Sequence record: NC_047838.1
DNA length: 64,000 bases
Reading direction: 5' to 3' (one strand)
The notes below the pieces were generated by a model. It made no database searches. It had not been told where the DNA came from and saw only the letters and a list, made by a program, of their open reading frames with translations. The first letter of the stretch is position 1. The number at the start of each line of letters is the position of its first letter. Positions 1-9,240 of this stretch are shown here, one piece after another. A program made the translations under genes and the position numbers.

Positions 1-162
1 ATGAATTATATTGATGCTATTGTTCACTTCTGTGATCAGAATAGTATTGATCTGGAGTCAGTTCCGAAACTGATTTCCAAACCCTTGAAGGAGAAGATCA
101 AATATGAAGCGATGGAACTTAATTTCTTGAAGCGAAGTTCCCGCGCCAAATTGCCTCTTTGA
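1..162 (+). CDS. g33: Late-transcription coactivator gp33 (probably 5'-truncated by window edge)
   Basis: Manual translation MNYIDAIVHFCDQNSIDLESVPKLISKPLKEKIKYEAMELNFLKRSSRAKLPL*; gp33-like motif and the usual g33-g59-g32 order. Confidence 0.85.
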   Translation: MNYIDAIVHFCDQNSIDLESVPKLISKPLKEKIKYEAMELNFLKRSSRAKLPL

Positions 163-214
163 TTTCATTTTTGTCCGAAAAAATTTTCCGGCAAAAAATC
201 CCCTTATTAGTTTT

Positions 215-817
215 TTGATGATGCCGTTTGATGCCTACCGCTGTTACTTGTCGATGAAGAATCACTTCACGAAAGACAAGTATGACTATCACAAATACTG
301 TGGTAAAAGTCGTGCGACCGTGCAAGCATTTTACAAACGCAAAGATAGATTTTGGTTTGAGAAATTTGCACGGTCCAAATCTGATAAAGAAGTAGAAGAG
401 TTCTTTGTATCTAACTTCATCACCTGTACTGATCCAAGTAAACTTTGGATAGGAGAGATGATACGCAACGGTGAGAATAGATACACCGCATGGAAGAAGA
501 GAACTCAGTCTCTATCATATCTTTTCAAAGAGGAAACAGAATCAATCTTCGCAGATAACGATTTTGATTCTATGTTTTCTATGGATGGTTCACGACATCC
601 ACAAATCCTCAAGGAACATTTGAGTGGTAGAGTATCACTTGAAACGATGGTAATCCTGGATGGAATCCTTGGTTACAAAAGTAAGTGGGATAAGTCTCTC
701 ACCGATCCTGTGTGGGAGACAGTCAGTATGAAGATGAGAAAGTATTCTCCATTCCTAAATATTGATGTACCACGTTATAAAAACATTCTTAAGAAAGTGG
801 TTTTAGGAGATAAATGA
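215..817 (+). CDS. g59: Helicase loader gp59
   Basis: N-terminal PFDAYRCYLSMKNHFTKDKYDYHKY and FYKRKDRFWFEK motifs; position between g33 and g32. Confidence 0.9.
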   Translation: MMMPFDAYRCYLSMKNHFTKDKYDYHKYCGKSRATVQAFYKRKDRFWFEKFARSKSDKEVEEFFVSNFITCTDPSKLWIGEMIRNGENRYTAWKKRTQSLSYLFKEETESIFADNDFDSMFSMDGSRHPQILKEHLSGRVSLETMVILDGILGYKSKWDKSLTDPVWETVSMKMRKYSPFLNIDVPRYKNILKKVVLGDK

Positions 818-1158
818 GTTTCTTTAATTCTGAGGTAGTCCGTGCAGAAATGACGGAAATACAAGAACTTCAAGAGGAAGTTTATGGTAATGTCTTCAAG
901 TTTCCTTCGATGGATAAAGAAGAAAAGAAATTTCATGTCAGTCTCTTAGAAAAATTGATCGACAAACAGAGAATTTTATATACTCGTTTAAGTTTGTCTG
1001 ATGATCCCGAAGCAAAGCAGATGAAAGATAACATCTATGAATCTGCTAAGATGATGGGACTCCCTGATGGGACTGATATGAATGTAGTATTCAACAACAT
1101 GTCTAAAATGCTTGATGTGATGAAGGACCAGATTGACAAGACTGGTTCTGACCTATAG
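814..1158 (+). CDS. DUF1825-like cyanobacterial/cyanophage conserved protein
   Basis: MSFFNSEVVRAEM...RLSLSDDPEA resembles DUF1825 as recalled; overlaps g59 stop. Confidence 0.6.
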   Translation: MSFFNSEVVRAEMTEIQELQEEVYGNVFKFPSMDKEEKKFHVSLLEKLIDKQRILYTRLSLSDDPEAKQMKDNIYESAKMMGLPDGTDMNVVFNNMSKMLDVMKDQIDKTGSDL

Positions 1159-1207
1159 AATAACAAGGTACACACAAGCCAAATCCGTACAAATCCGAGG
1201 TAATCCT

Positions 1208-2134
1208 ATGTCTTTCGCAGACCTTAAAAAGCAATCTTCTCTTGGTTCGCTGACTTCTAAACTGGTAAAAGAAGTCGAGAAGATGAACAATACCAGTAGC
1301 GGTGGAGATGACCGTCTCTGGAAACCTGAAATGGACAAGACTGGTAATGGTTACGCAGTCATCCGTTTCCTGCCCGCACCCGAAGGGGAAGAACTCCCTT
1401 GGGCAAAGATGTATTCACATGCCTTCCAGGGTCCTGGTGGATGGTATATTGAGAACTCTCTGACCACTCTTGGTCAGAAAGACCCTGTGTCTGAATACAA
1501 TCGCGAACTGTGGAATAGTGGACTTGACTCTGACAAGGACACCGTTCGTAAGCAGAAGCGCAAACTGTCTTACTATGCCAACATCTATGTTGTGCAGGAC
1601 AAAGCAAATCCTCAGAACGAGGGTAAGGTTTTCCTGTACAAGTTCGGCAAGAAGATCTTTGACAAGATCATGGAAGCGATGCAACCAGAGTTTGAAGATG
1701 AGACTCCCATCAACCCCTTTGACTTCTGGGGTGGTGCTAACTTCAAACTGAAACTGAAGAAAGTCCAGGGTTACTGGAACTATGACTCTTCTGAGTTTGG
1801 TCCTGTTGAACCTCTGCTTGATGATGACGATGCTCTTGAAGCTCTGTGGAAGAAGGAATACTCTCTGAGTGCCATTACCGCCACGGATCAGTTCAAGGAC
1901 TATGATCAACTGCAGAACCGTCTGAAGATGGTCCTGGGTCAGAAGTCTACTCGTCGCTTTGATGAGGAACTGGAGGACGAGAGTGAGGGTCGTGGATCTT
2001 TCACCCCTGACTTCAAGTCAAAGGCACCAGAACCTGCTGCTGACTTCAACGCACCAGACATCACCCCTACTAAGTCTGCTGACTCTGATGAGGATGATGC
2101 TCTGTCTTACTTCCAGAAACTCGCTGAAGAGTGA
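1208..2134 (+). CDS. g32: Single-stranded DNA-binding protein gp32
   Basis: MSFADLKK, DDRLWKP, GNGYAVIRFLPAP, GGWYIENSLTT, acidic tail ending DDALSYFQKLAEE; start moved to ATG 1208 behind GAGG. Confidence 0.95.
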   Translation: MSFADLKKQSSLGSLTSKLVKEVEKMNNTSSGGDDRLWKPEMDKTGNGYAVIRFLPAPEGEELPWAKMYSHAFQGPGGWYIENSLTTLGQKDPVSEYNRELWNSGLDSDKDTVRKQKRKLSYYANIYVVQDKANPQNEGKVFLYKFGKKIFDKIMEAMQPEFEDETPINPFDFWGGANFKLKLKKVQGYWNYDSSEFGPVEPLLDDDDALEALWKKEYSLSAITATDQFKDYDQLQNRLKMVLGQKSTRRFDEELEDESEGRGSFTPDFKSKAPEPAADFNAPDITPTKSADSDEDDALSYFQKLAEE

Positions 2135-2800
2135 TTAACTGAATAGTCTGATATTATCAGCACGTTTGAGGGTTTCACTCATGTATTGGGTGGAACCCTC
2201 TCTGTATGTCATGATATCTTCTAGATCATCACGAACAACTTGTAAATATCTTGGTTGTAGTAAGTAAATATTTCTTTTGCCCTCATTAACACCCTGTTCA
2301 TACTGATAGTTTGTGACTGGAATAGTAGGAGTTACAGTTCTCATTCCACCAGCACGCTCATCAAAAAACGTTACTGAATAATCCGACTCTACTTTGAGTC
2401 CAGCGTTCACGATTTTAACATTCCTGGCATCCTTTACTTCAATCGTTTCATAATGATGAATACCATTAAAGAGGGTGTCATAAGACCCATATTTGTCTAA
2501 CATTAATTCATCAAAATCTACATTAGATAATGGCCATTCATTTTGAATGTTGACAATATTGTTTGCCATTAAAACCAACCAGTCAAGGGTAGAGTCCTGA
2601 TATATTTCAAACGCTACATTATCAGGACGATCATTACCACTAATAGAATACTTTGTAAAGAATGCAAGGTTCTGGAAGATGTCCTCTCTAAGAAATCCTC
2701 TCTTGAAAAAGTTTTTGACGGTGATATAATCAGAAATCTTGGCGTCAGGAAGTCTACTGACGTATTCAAAATTTGGAACTTCTGAAAAATAACTTGACAT
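2135..2800 (-). CDS. g53: Baseplate wedge subunit gp53
   Basis: YF...PNFEY start, RPDNVAFEIYQDSTLDWLVLMANNI...NEWP motif; adjacent to g48. Confidence 0.85.
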   Translation of the reverse strand: MSSYFSEVPNFEYVSRLPDAKISDYITVKNFFKRGFLREDIFQNLAFFTKYSISGNDRPDNVAFEIYQDSTLDWLVLMANNIVNIQNEWPLSNVDFDELMLDKYGSYDTLFNGIHHYETIEVKDARNVKIVNAGLKVESDYSVTFFDERAGGMRTVTPTIPVTNYQYEQGVNEGKRNIYLLQPRYLQVVRDDLEDIMTYREGSTQYMSETLKRADNIRLFS

Positions 2801-4215
2801 TAGAATCCTACTCCTTCTCCTTCATAATCGTCGTTGAATACTGGATCCAGTTCTTTGAATCCTAATGTTAATTCGATTGAAACTGGTGCTCCGTTTGCAA
2901 AAGTTGCATAGTTATTGTTAGGTGTGTAATTTACCCCTACACTCAGCAAAGCACACTCTTTGATTTCATTTAAAAATTTATTTTTTGTGCCTCTATGAAG
3001 ATATTCAATCTGGAATGTATGAGGTGCCTTGATTAACATCTGTGCCTCTGTTCTCTGGGGAGCACTTCCTTGTTTAAAAAATCTAAGGATCTCCATGATC
3101 TGAAGACTATCACCTTCGTTTCTGGCACCCATCTGGAAGGTGAAGTTAAAAGGTCTTAGAGCAGGACCTTTGAAAAGTAACTCAAGGTTGGGGTTAATGA
3201 CTGCACCTTGTGTTCTTGCAAGCACTTCATTTGGATCAAGACCTACTGCACCTGCTGAAAACAAACCTTTGAGTGTTGATTTAGTTTCTTCTTTATTAGA
3301 ACCTAACGCGCTAATAGCATCTCCAGCAGATCTCATACCTGCTTCAAGATTTCCTGAAAGTGCTCTTCCTGCCGCTTCAAGTCCTGCTGCTTGAAGAGGA
3401 TTCATTCTACCATCGCCCCAGTCAGCGTTGTTTTGATCAGTAATACCGCCAGGAACTGGAAGCATGACTGTACCAATACCTTTTCTTCCCTTTTCTCTTT
3501 TTTGAACTTTTCCTAATGCCCCCTGATTTGTAACCTTTCTTGGTTTGAACTCAAGCATGGTAAATTTAATCACATCCATGCCAGTCTCTGCAAGATCTGA
3601 AGGGAAGACCTGATCTCCAAAACTATTTCTTGTGCCTGCTGCTGCCTTAGTTTTTGTGCCACCCTGAGATTTAGGAATTTGATCTAATGGTTTAGTTTCT
3701 GTATTAAGTGGTTGACCTTCTAATCCATTATCTGGTGCTTCCCATGGATCAGCACCGTTTTGATCACCTTGTAAAACAACATCAGTATCACCAGGATAAA
3801 CTTTTCCGTCTGGACCCGTTGCTGATGGAATAATATCTGCTCTCTTACCTAATTCTGCTTTAATGCCATTATTTGTGGTTTTGTTGATAGTCGAACTAGG
3901 ATTTGCTAAATCTTTTTGCAACTCAGCATCTGCCACTCCTGCCATCAAAGGATAGTCTGGATCACTATAGTTCCACTTTCCATCTCTTTTTGATGCAGCA
4001 GGTTGCCAGTTTCCATTCTTTTCAACATACAGAATTGTTTTTGAAGATGTTACTCTTCCAGATGAATCCCTGCCGGTGATCTGTGTTACAGATTTAGTTC
4101 TAGTGGCTGCACCACCTACAGGATTGATAGCATCCTTTGCCACGATGTCGCCAGCAACGTATTGCGCTTGTCCGTTTTTTACTTGCTCTCTCGTGCCAGC
4201 CTTAAACTCAGCCAT
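2800..4215 (-). CDS. g48: Baseplate tail-tube cap gp48
   Basis: INPNLELLFKGPALRPFNFTF and P...IELTLGFKELDP motifs. Confidence 0.85.
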   Translation of the reverse strand: MAEFKAGTREQVKNGQAQYVAGDIVAKDAINPVGGAATRTKSVTQITGRDSSGRVTSSKTILYVEKNGNWQPAASKRDGKWNYSDPDYPLMAGVADAELQKDLANPSSTINKTTNNGIKAELGKRADIIPSATGPDGKVYPGDTDVVLQGDQNGADPWEAPDNGLEGQPLNTETKPLDQIPKSQGGTKTKAAAGTRNSFGDQVFPSDLAETGMDVIKFTMLEFKPRKVTNQGALGKVQKREKGRKGIGTVMLPVPGGITDQNNADWGDGRMNPLQAAGLEAAGRALSGNLEAGMRSAGDAISALGSNKEETKSTLKGLFSAGAVGLDPNEVLARTQGAVINPNLELLFKGPALRPFNFTFQMGARNEGDSLQIMEILRFFKQGSAPQRTEAQMLIKAPHTFQIEYLHRGTKNKFLNEIKECALLSVGVNYTPNNNYATFANGAPVSIELTLGFKELDPVFNDDYEGEGVGF

Positions 4216-4227
4216 TAGATATGGTTT

Positions 4228-4578
4228 TTATTTATTTAGCATGAATTTGCCATAATCTAATGACAATAGATCATCAAGTTCATCTCTCTGAACAATATAA
4301 ACCTGTGTGCCTAATTCTTCCCAGGTATAGTTTCTATACTCTTGGTGATGAAAGTTTATACCACGAAATCCCCACTGGAATAATTCAGTCACCGCCACCA
4401 AAGGGTGTTGATCGTAACTAATGTTTGGAGTCTTTGCAAAGTATTTAAACGTGCAGATATTTCCCTCTTCAGGAATTGGTGTCACAGTATCATTCAAAGC
4501 ATACATGATCAACTCCATTCTATCATCAATATTTTTCTCAGACTGAATGTCTTGTCGTATGGGTTCGATACGATTCAT
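4228..4578 (-). CDS. g2: DNA end protector gp2-like (short form)
   Basis: TFKYFAKT..YDQHPLV..GFRGINFH motif; between g48 and g4. Confidence 0.65.
   Translation of the reverse strand: MNRIEPIRQDIQSEKNIDDRMELIMYALNDTVTPIPEEGNICTFKYFAKTPNISYDQHPLVAVTELFQWGFRGINFHHQEYRNYTWEELGTQVYIVQRDELDDLLSLDYGKFMLNK
4231..4239 (-). promoter_or_regulatory. T4-type late promoter (CTAAATAAA) for g48-g53
   Basis: Reverse complement of tttatttag, 16 nt upstream of g48 start. Confidence 0.55.
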
Positions 4579-5018
4579 TTGATACCCAGTTCTTCTTCGG
4601 TGATTATCTTAAATTCAATTCTTCTGTCTTCACAGAACTCAGTTGCTGCTTTCCATTTTGCCTGGTTGACAGCATATGTTTTACACTCATAGATGTATGA
4701 CTTAGTGACCCTAGATTTTTTCTTGGGTTCCATGGTCTGTCTTTTAGGTTTTACTTCAATCACATAGGTTTTAATTTGACCTGTGCTTTCTTTTACTTTG
4801 ATGATGAAGTCAGGGAAATAACGATGCACTCTTCTATCAACAGGAGACACATAGGGAATCCAGAACTCTTCACTACCCCACTCCATAATATTTTCATTCA
4901 GGTCACACCACTTACAAAACTTGCGTTCCCAACTACTCCGACATATAATATTGTCAGGGTTGCCCTTATATTTCCTAGGGTATGAAGGTTTGTATTTACT
5001 CTTGATGCTTTCTGGCAT
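4575..5018 (-). CDS. g4: Head completion nuclease gp4
   Basis: YKPSYPRKYKG..IICRSSWE, HRYFPDF, IEVKP (PD-(D/E)xK) motifs. Confidence 0.92.
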   Translation of the reverse strand: MPESIKSKYKPSYPRKYKGNPDNIICRSSWERKFCKWCDLNENIMEWGSEEFWIPYVSPVDRRVHRYFPDFIIKVKESTGQIKTYVIEVKPKRQTMEPKKKSRVTKSYIYECKTYAVNQAKWKAATEFCEDRRIEFKIITEEELGIK

Positions 5019-5049
5019 ACATAATATATAAGGTAAAAATTATTTATAA

Positions 5050-5907
5050 ATGCCTTCGGAAATAAAACCCAAGGTCCGTAAAGTAGCGGACATAAAAGCA
5101 AAGTTACTTAACCCTGCTCTCACTTCACACTTTGAGGTGCAGATTCCTCTGCCTAACGGTGCTGTGCGAGCAGAGTTAGAGTCTATTAGACCTGATGGTG
5201 GAGAGCAGCAGGACGCTCTTAATATCAGATGCACGAACGCAAGTCTTCCTGGATCTAATCTTGCCACCCTTGAATTAAACAACACCTATCATGGCGTCAC
5301 TCAACGTCATGCATATCGTAGAGTTTATGATGATAGAATTGATCTTGAGTTTTTAGTAGATGCAGATGACTATCTTCCTATCAGATTTTTTGAGAAGTGG
5401 ATAGACTCAATCATGCTTCAGACACAAGAAGGTGAAGGAAATGAGAGTCCTGTCAGTCAATCATATACTTACAGAGCAAGTTATTCTGACGACTATGTTT
5501 GTCCTTCAGGATTGAAGATAGTTAAATTTGAAAGAACCGGAAAGAATGGTGATTATACAGGTAGCGCACTTGAATATACATTTGTGAATGCCTATCCTTT
5601 TACTATTTCGTCGATGCCTATTTCATATGATTCATCATCTCTTCTGAAATGCACGGTGTCATTTTCATATCTTCGTTATGTTATTAATGATGTAATCAAA
5701 AAACCAAGCACCACACCTGGCACGATTGGTGATCCACAGAGTCCTAAATCTGGATCCAAGCAAACGCCTGCTTTGAATAAGGACTCTAGAAATACGGTTC
5801 ATTCTTCAATTGATTCAATTGCAACCTCTGGCGAGGTAGGAGATACAGTTACTCCACAATTAAGACAAGAACTTCTTGCGTTTGCTCGTGGAGAAACAGG
5901 ATCTTAA
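5050..5907 (+). CDS. Tail-tube initiator/tube-like protein (gp54/gp19-like)
   Basis: SLPG..LAT, YRRVYDDRIDLEF, YTFVNAYP..ISSMPISY, VSFSY tube-fold motifs. Confidence 0.7.
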   Translation: MPSEIKPKVRKVADIKAKLLNPALTSHFEVQIPLPNGAVRAELESIRPDGGEQQDALNIRCTNASLPGSNLATLELNNTYHGVTQRHAYRRVYDDRIDLEFLVDADDYLPIRFFEKWIDSIMLQTQEGEGNESPVSQSYTYRASYSDDYVCPSGLKIVKFERTGKNGDYTGSALEYTFVNAYPFTISSMPISYDSSSLLKCTVSFSYLRYVINDVIKKPSTTPGTIGDPQSPKSGSKQTPALNKDSRNTVHSSIDSIATSGEVGDTVTPQLRQELLAFARGETGS

Positions 5908-5915
5908 AAACCTCA

Positions 5916-5922
5916 ATAAATA
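5916..5922 (+). promoter_or_regulatory. Late promoter ATAAATA upstream of g26
   Basis: Matches T4-like late consensus, 27 nt before ATG. Confidence 0.6.
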
Positions 5923-5949
5923 ATCGTACTGAAAAAATTATAGGATATT

Positions 5950-6669
5950 ATGCCTTTACCAAAGATTGCTGCGCCAACTTACACCCTTGAGTTGCCATCC
6001 ACAGGAGAAGAGATTTCATATAGACCTTTTCTTGTTAAAGAAGAAAAGGTTTTGGTCATCGCTTTAGAAAGTGAGGACACGAAACAGATTACAAATGCTA
6101 TCAAGACTGTAATCAAGAACTGTATCTTGACAAAGGGTATTAAAGTAGAGGCACTCCCTACATTTGATATTGAATATCTGTTCCTCAACATTCGTGGCAA
6201 GTCTGTCGGTGAAGAGATTGAAGTGAATGTATATTGTCCTGATGATGGTGAGACTCAGGTTCCTGTGACGATTGACCTTGACGATATTAATGTTATCAAA
6301 AATGAAGAGCACACTAATAAGATTAAACTTGATGAGAACTTAATGATGGAAATGAGATATCCATCACTTGATGAATTTATCAAAAATAATTTTGATTTTA
6401 CTAGTGAAAATGCGATGGATCAATCATTCAATCTGATTGCATCCTGTATTAATAATATCTTTAGTGATGAAGAAGTCTGGGCAGCAGAGGACTGCACCAA
6501 GAAAGAGATCAAAGAGTTTCTTGAGCAGATGAATTCTGCACAGTTCAAAGATATTGAGAAGTTCTTTGAGACGATGCCTAAGTTGTCCCATAAAATCAAG
6601 GTCACTAATCCAAAGACTAAAGTTGAGAGTGAAGTTGTTCTTGAGGGACTGGCAAGTTTTTTCGCGTAG
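5950..6669 (+). CDS. g26: Baseplate hub assembly protein gp26
   Basis: MPLPKI..PTYTLELPS..YRPFLVKEEK, FDIEYLFLNIRGKSVGE, LEGLASFF. Confidence 0.88.
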   Translation: MPLPKIAAPTYTLELPSTGEEISYRPFLVKEEKVLVIALESEDTKQITNAIKTVIKNCILTKGIKVEALPTFDIEYLFLNIRGKSVGEEIEVNVYCPDDGETQVPVTIDLDDINVIKNEEHTNKIKLDENLMMEMRYPSLDEFIKNNFDFTSENAMDQSFNLIASCINNIFSDEEVWAAEDCTKKEIKEFLEQMNSAQFKDIEKFFETMPKLSHKIKVTNPKTKVESEVVLEGLASFFA

Positions 6670-6694
6670 CCCTCTCTCACATGAGTCTAGAGGG
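6657..6694 (+). promoter_or_regulatory. Putative -1 programmed ribosomal frameshift signal (T TTT TTC, 6-nt spacer, hairpin)
   Basis: Heptamer 6657-6663 in g26 frame; stem CCCTCT/AGAGGG plus CTC/GAG at 6670-6694; -1 frame open into the g51 ORF. Confidence 0.75.
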
Positions 6695-6851
6695 ATATTA
6701 CCGTCTTAACTTTTCGTTGATGCAATACCATAAATATTCATTAACGGAACTTGAGAATCTCATCCCCTGGGAGAGAGACATCTATGTTGCTTTATTACAA
6801 CAACATCTTGAAGATGAAAAGTTAAAACATCAGCAGCAGAATGGCATCTAG
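6681..6851 (+). CDS. g51: gp51-like baseplate hub assembly ORF (56 aa; probably the C-terminal part of a frameshift fusion)
   Basis: Manual translation MSLEGYYRLNFSLMQYHKYSLTELENLIPWERDIYVALLQQHLEDEKLKHQQQNGI*; missing from ORF track; no SD before ATG. Confidence 0.85.
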   Translation: MSLEGYYRLNFSLMQYHKYSLTELENLIPWERDIYVALLQQHLEDEKLKHQQQNGI

Positions 6852-9240
6852 GACTACTACTGATCCAATAGAAATACTCTTAGAGATGGGTGTAGACCTA
6901 GATAATCTCTCTGAAGAGGAGGATTATCTTAGTGCCTTGATGGAGGCGGTTAATTCACTGACAATTAAAGATGCAAGTGATCCTCGCATCGGATTCTTAG
7001 CAGACGAAATAAGAAAGGTAAGACAAAAAAGAAAAGAAGCAGACCCCAAGTTCAAAGCAAAGAAAACAAAGATATCTGCAAATTCCTTAAAGTCTACACC
7101 TAGACTTGCTGCTAAGACCACAAAAATAAGTCCTCAAAAACTTTTACCTGGAAGCACAGAGGTAGGAAAGGAAGAACCTGAGCAGGATTCTATTATAAAA
7201 ATTTTAACTGACATCTCTGAGTCAGTTAAGTCTATCTTATATTCTTTGAAGGCAAGTAATAATATCTCAAAGAACCTTGCTGAGGATGAGAGAAAGAGAC
7301 AAGAGAGTAAGAAAAGATCTGGTGCTGAGAGTAAGTTAGAGAAGAAAAGATTTGAAGGTCTAAAAAAACTTGGCGGTAAACTTATAGAACCAATCAAGGG
7401 ACCTTTAGAAATGCTTTTTAATTTTCTAAAGAATGTCATTCTTGGAAAGATCGTTCTTGGAATTATTGATTGGTTAGGTGATCCAGAAAATCAGAAAAAA
7501 CTTGAGAGTCTTGGTAGATTCTTCATGGACTGGTGGCCAACGATTGTCACTGCTGTATTACTGTTTGGTACAGGACTAGGTGGATTACTAAAATCAATCG
7601 TAGGTATCACTTTTAAATTCATACCAAAACTTCTTGGATTACTTCCTGGTCTATTGAAATTCTTGAAGTCCCCGATGGGGCGTATTGCTGGACTAGCAGT
7701 TGCTGGTGCTGGTTTAGCAGGTAGAATGATGGATGGTGGTGAGGATGATGTTGATCTAACAAAGCAAGATCCTGCACCTCAAAAGATGATGGACGGTGGT
7801 CTTGTTCCTGGTGAAGGTCCAAATAAGGATACCGTGCCTGCCATGTTGGCACCTGGTGAATTTGTTATGAGTAGGGGTGCTGTGCAGAAGTATGGAGCAG
7901 ACACCATGGCATCGATGAATGCTGCTGGTGGCGGAACTAATCTTCCACAGAGGATGAATGGTATAACTTATGCTGCTGGTGGTGGAATGATTGGTGATGA
8001 CGGAAAAGAGAAGGCATCTCCTAAGTTGGCCAGAGAGATGGAAAAGAGAGATAAAACACTAGGAGTAAATGAAGAAGTAAAATCAGATACTGCGAGTAAA
8101 AGACATGCTGAGTTAATGAAGACCACTAATCCGCAAAGGATTGCTGATTATGATGCCAAACATGGGCAAGGAGCATACTCTAAGAAACTACGTGAGAAAC
8201 TTGAAAAAACATATTCCACTCCATCTCCATCTGCACCAGCAGCGACGGCAATAAAATCAACTGGTAAAGTAGTTGGTAGAGAGAATTTACCTCCTGCGAC
8301 TAGAGCACTTCTTGAAAAGATGGATGCTCAAAGAGCAAGCGGAACTGCCGATATGATGTATTCTAAAAAAGGTGGTGGTTTTAGACAAAGAATATCTGCT
8401 GAAGACTTTAATCGAGTCAAAGGAATGGTGGGTGCGGCAAAAGAGGGTGGTGCTAAAGGTGTGTTAAATCACATGCTCTCAGGTGCAAAGAGTATGTTTG
8501 GTGGGATGATTGGTAAAGTTCAGGGTGCTGTTAATGACCCTAAATCTTTTGTTGAATCCATGGGTGGAACTGTTAGGGATGGAAATGTAGGAAGAATGAC
8601 ACCGCAACTACAGAAAGAATTTGATAAACTTAATGCGGCTAGAGCAAGAGCAGATAAACTAGAAGCAGAAAATAAGGCGATGTCAACTCAAGGGGGTCTT
8701 CGGAAACAACTTGAGAAGGATCCTTTATTTGCGGAGTATGAAAGAGCTTTTGATGATCCAAAACATCCTTTACATGATAAAGTAGCTGGTGATCTTTTTG
8801 ATGATACTGGAACTAAACATCCTCTAAGGTTTGAAGAATTTAAAAAGTTAAAAGCACAACAGAAAAATGGTGGTGGTGAAGTAAAAGAATCATCTGGTCA
8901 AAATTTTGCTGGTGGAACTGCAGATAGACAGTTGATTAAGGCACAACCTGGTGAGTACATGCTTCCCGTTGATACTGTTAATAATCTTGGTGGTCCTGCA
9001 AGACTTGATCAATTGGTTGCTAATACAGATAGCAATTCAACTCCTGCTAAGTTAGGAATGAGGTCAAGAAAGACACCACAGGTAGGACCTCCTATGCCCA
9101 TGCAACCACAAATTAATTTGATTCCCACTCCTACAGGAGGCAGTAAAGGATACGGCGATTCATCTGGATCTGCGCTTCCTAATTTTGATGCTGGCATCGG
9201 TGATCCTAACAAAGCAAAACTTCTTGGAGTGGTTAGATAA
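6841..9240 (+). CDS. Tape-measure-like / hub protein 1
   Basis: Helical K/E-rich N-terminus, hydrophobic helices, GGLVPGEGPNKDTVPAMLAPGEFVM motif typical of tape-measure C-termini; follows g26/g51. Confidence 0.6.
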   Translation: MASRTTTDPIEILLEMGVDLDNLSEEEDYLSALMEAVNSLTIKDASDPRIGFLADEIRKVRQKRKEADPKFKAKKTKISANSLKSTPRLAAKTTKISPQKLLPGSTEVGKEEPEQDSIIKILTDISESVKSILYSLKASNNISKNLAEDERKRQESKKRSGAESKLEKKRFEGLKKLGGKLIEPIKGPLEMLFNFLKNVILGKIVLGIIDWLGDPENQKKLESLGRFFMDWWPTIVTAVLLFGTGLGGLLKSIVGITFKFIPKLLGLLPGLLKFLKSPMGRIAGLAVAGAGLAGRMMDGGEDDVDLTKQDPAPQKMMDGGLVPGEGPNKDTVPAMLAPGEFVMSRGAVQKYGADTMASMNAAGGGTNLPQRMNGITYAAGGGMIGDDGKEKASPKLAREMEKRDKTLGVNEEVKSDTASKRHAELMKTTNPQRIADYDAKHGQGAYSKKLREKLEKTYSTPSPSAPAATAIKSTGKVVGRENLPPATRALLEKMDAQRASGTADMMYSKKGGGFRQRISAEDFNRVKGMVGAAKEGGAKGVLNHMLSGAKSMFGGMIGKVQGAVNDPKSFVESMGGTVRDGNVGRMTPQLQKEFDKLNAARARADKLEAENKAMSTQGGLRKQLEKDPLFAEYERAFDDPKHPLHDKVAGDLFDDTGTKHPLRFEEFKKLKAQQKNGGGEVKESSGQNFAGGTADRQLIKAQPGEYMLPVDTVNNLGGPARLDQLVANTDSNSTPAKLGMRSRKTPQVGPPMPMQPQINLIPTPTGGSKGYGDSSGSALPNFDAGIGDPNKAKLLGVVR

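Noticed and set aside
119-325. 68-aa minus-strand ORF, and similarly 1415-1909
   Set aside because: Antisense to g33/g59 and g32; no recognisable features.
1133-1207. N-terminal extension of gp32 in the ORF track
   Set aside because: Overlaps the upstream gene; ATG 1208 has an SD and gives the typical MSFADLKK start.
4228-4578. Short gp2 as a pseudogene
   Set aside because: Clean ORF overlapping g4, with the core motif intact and no leftover coding remnant nearby.
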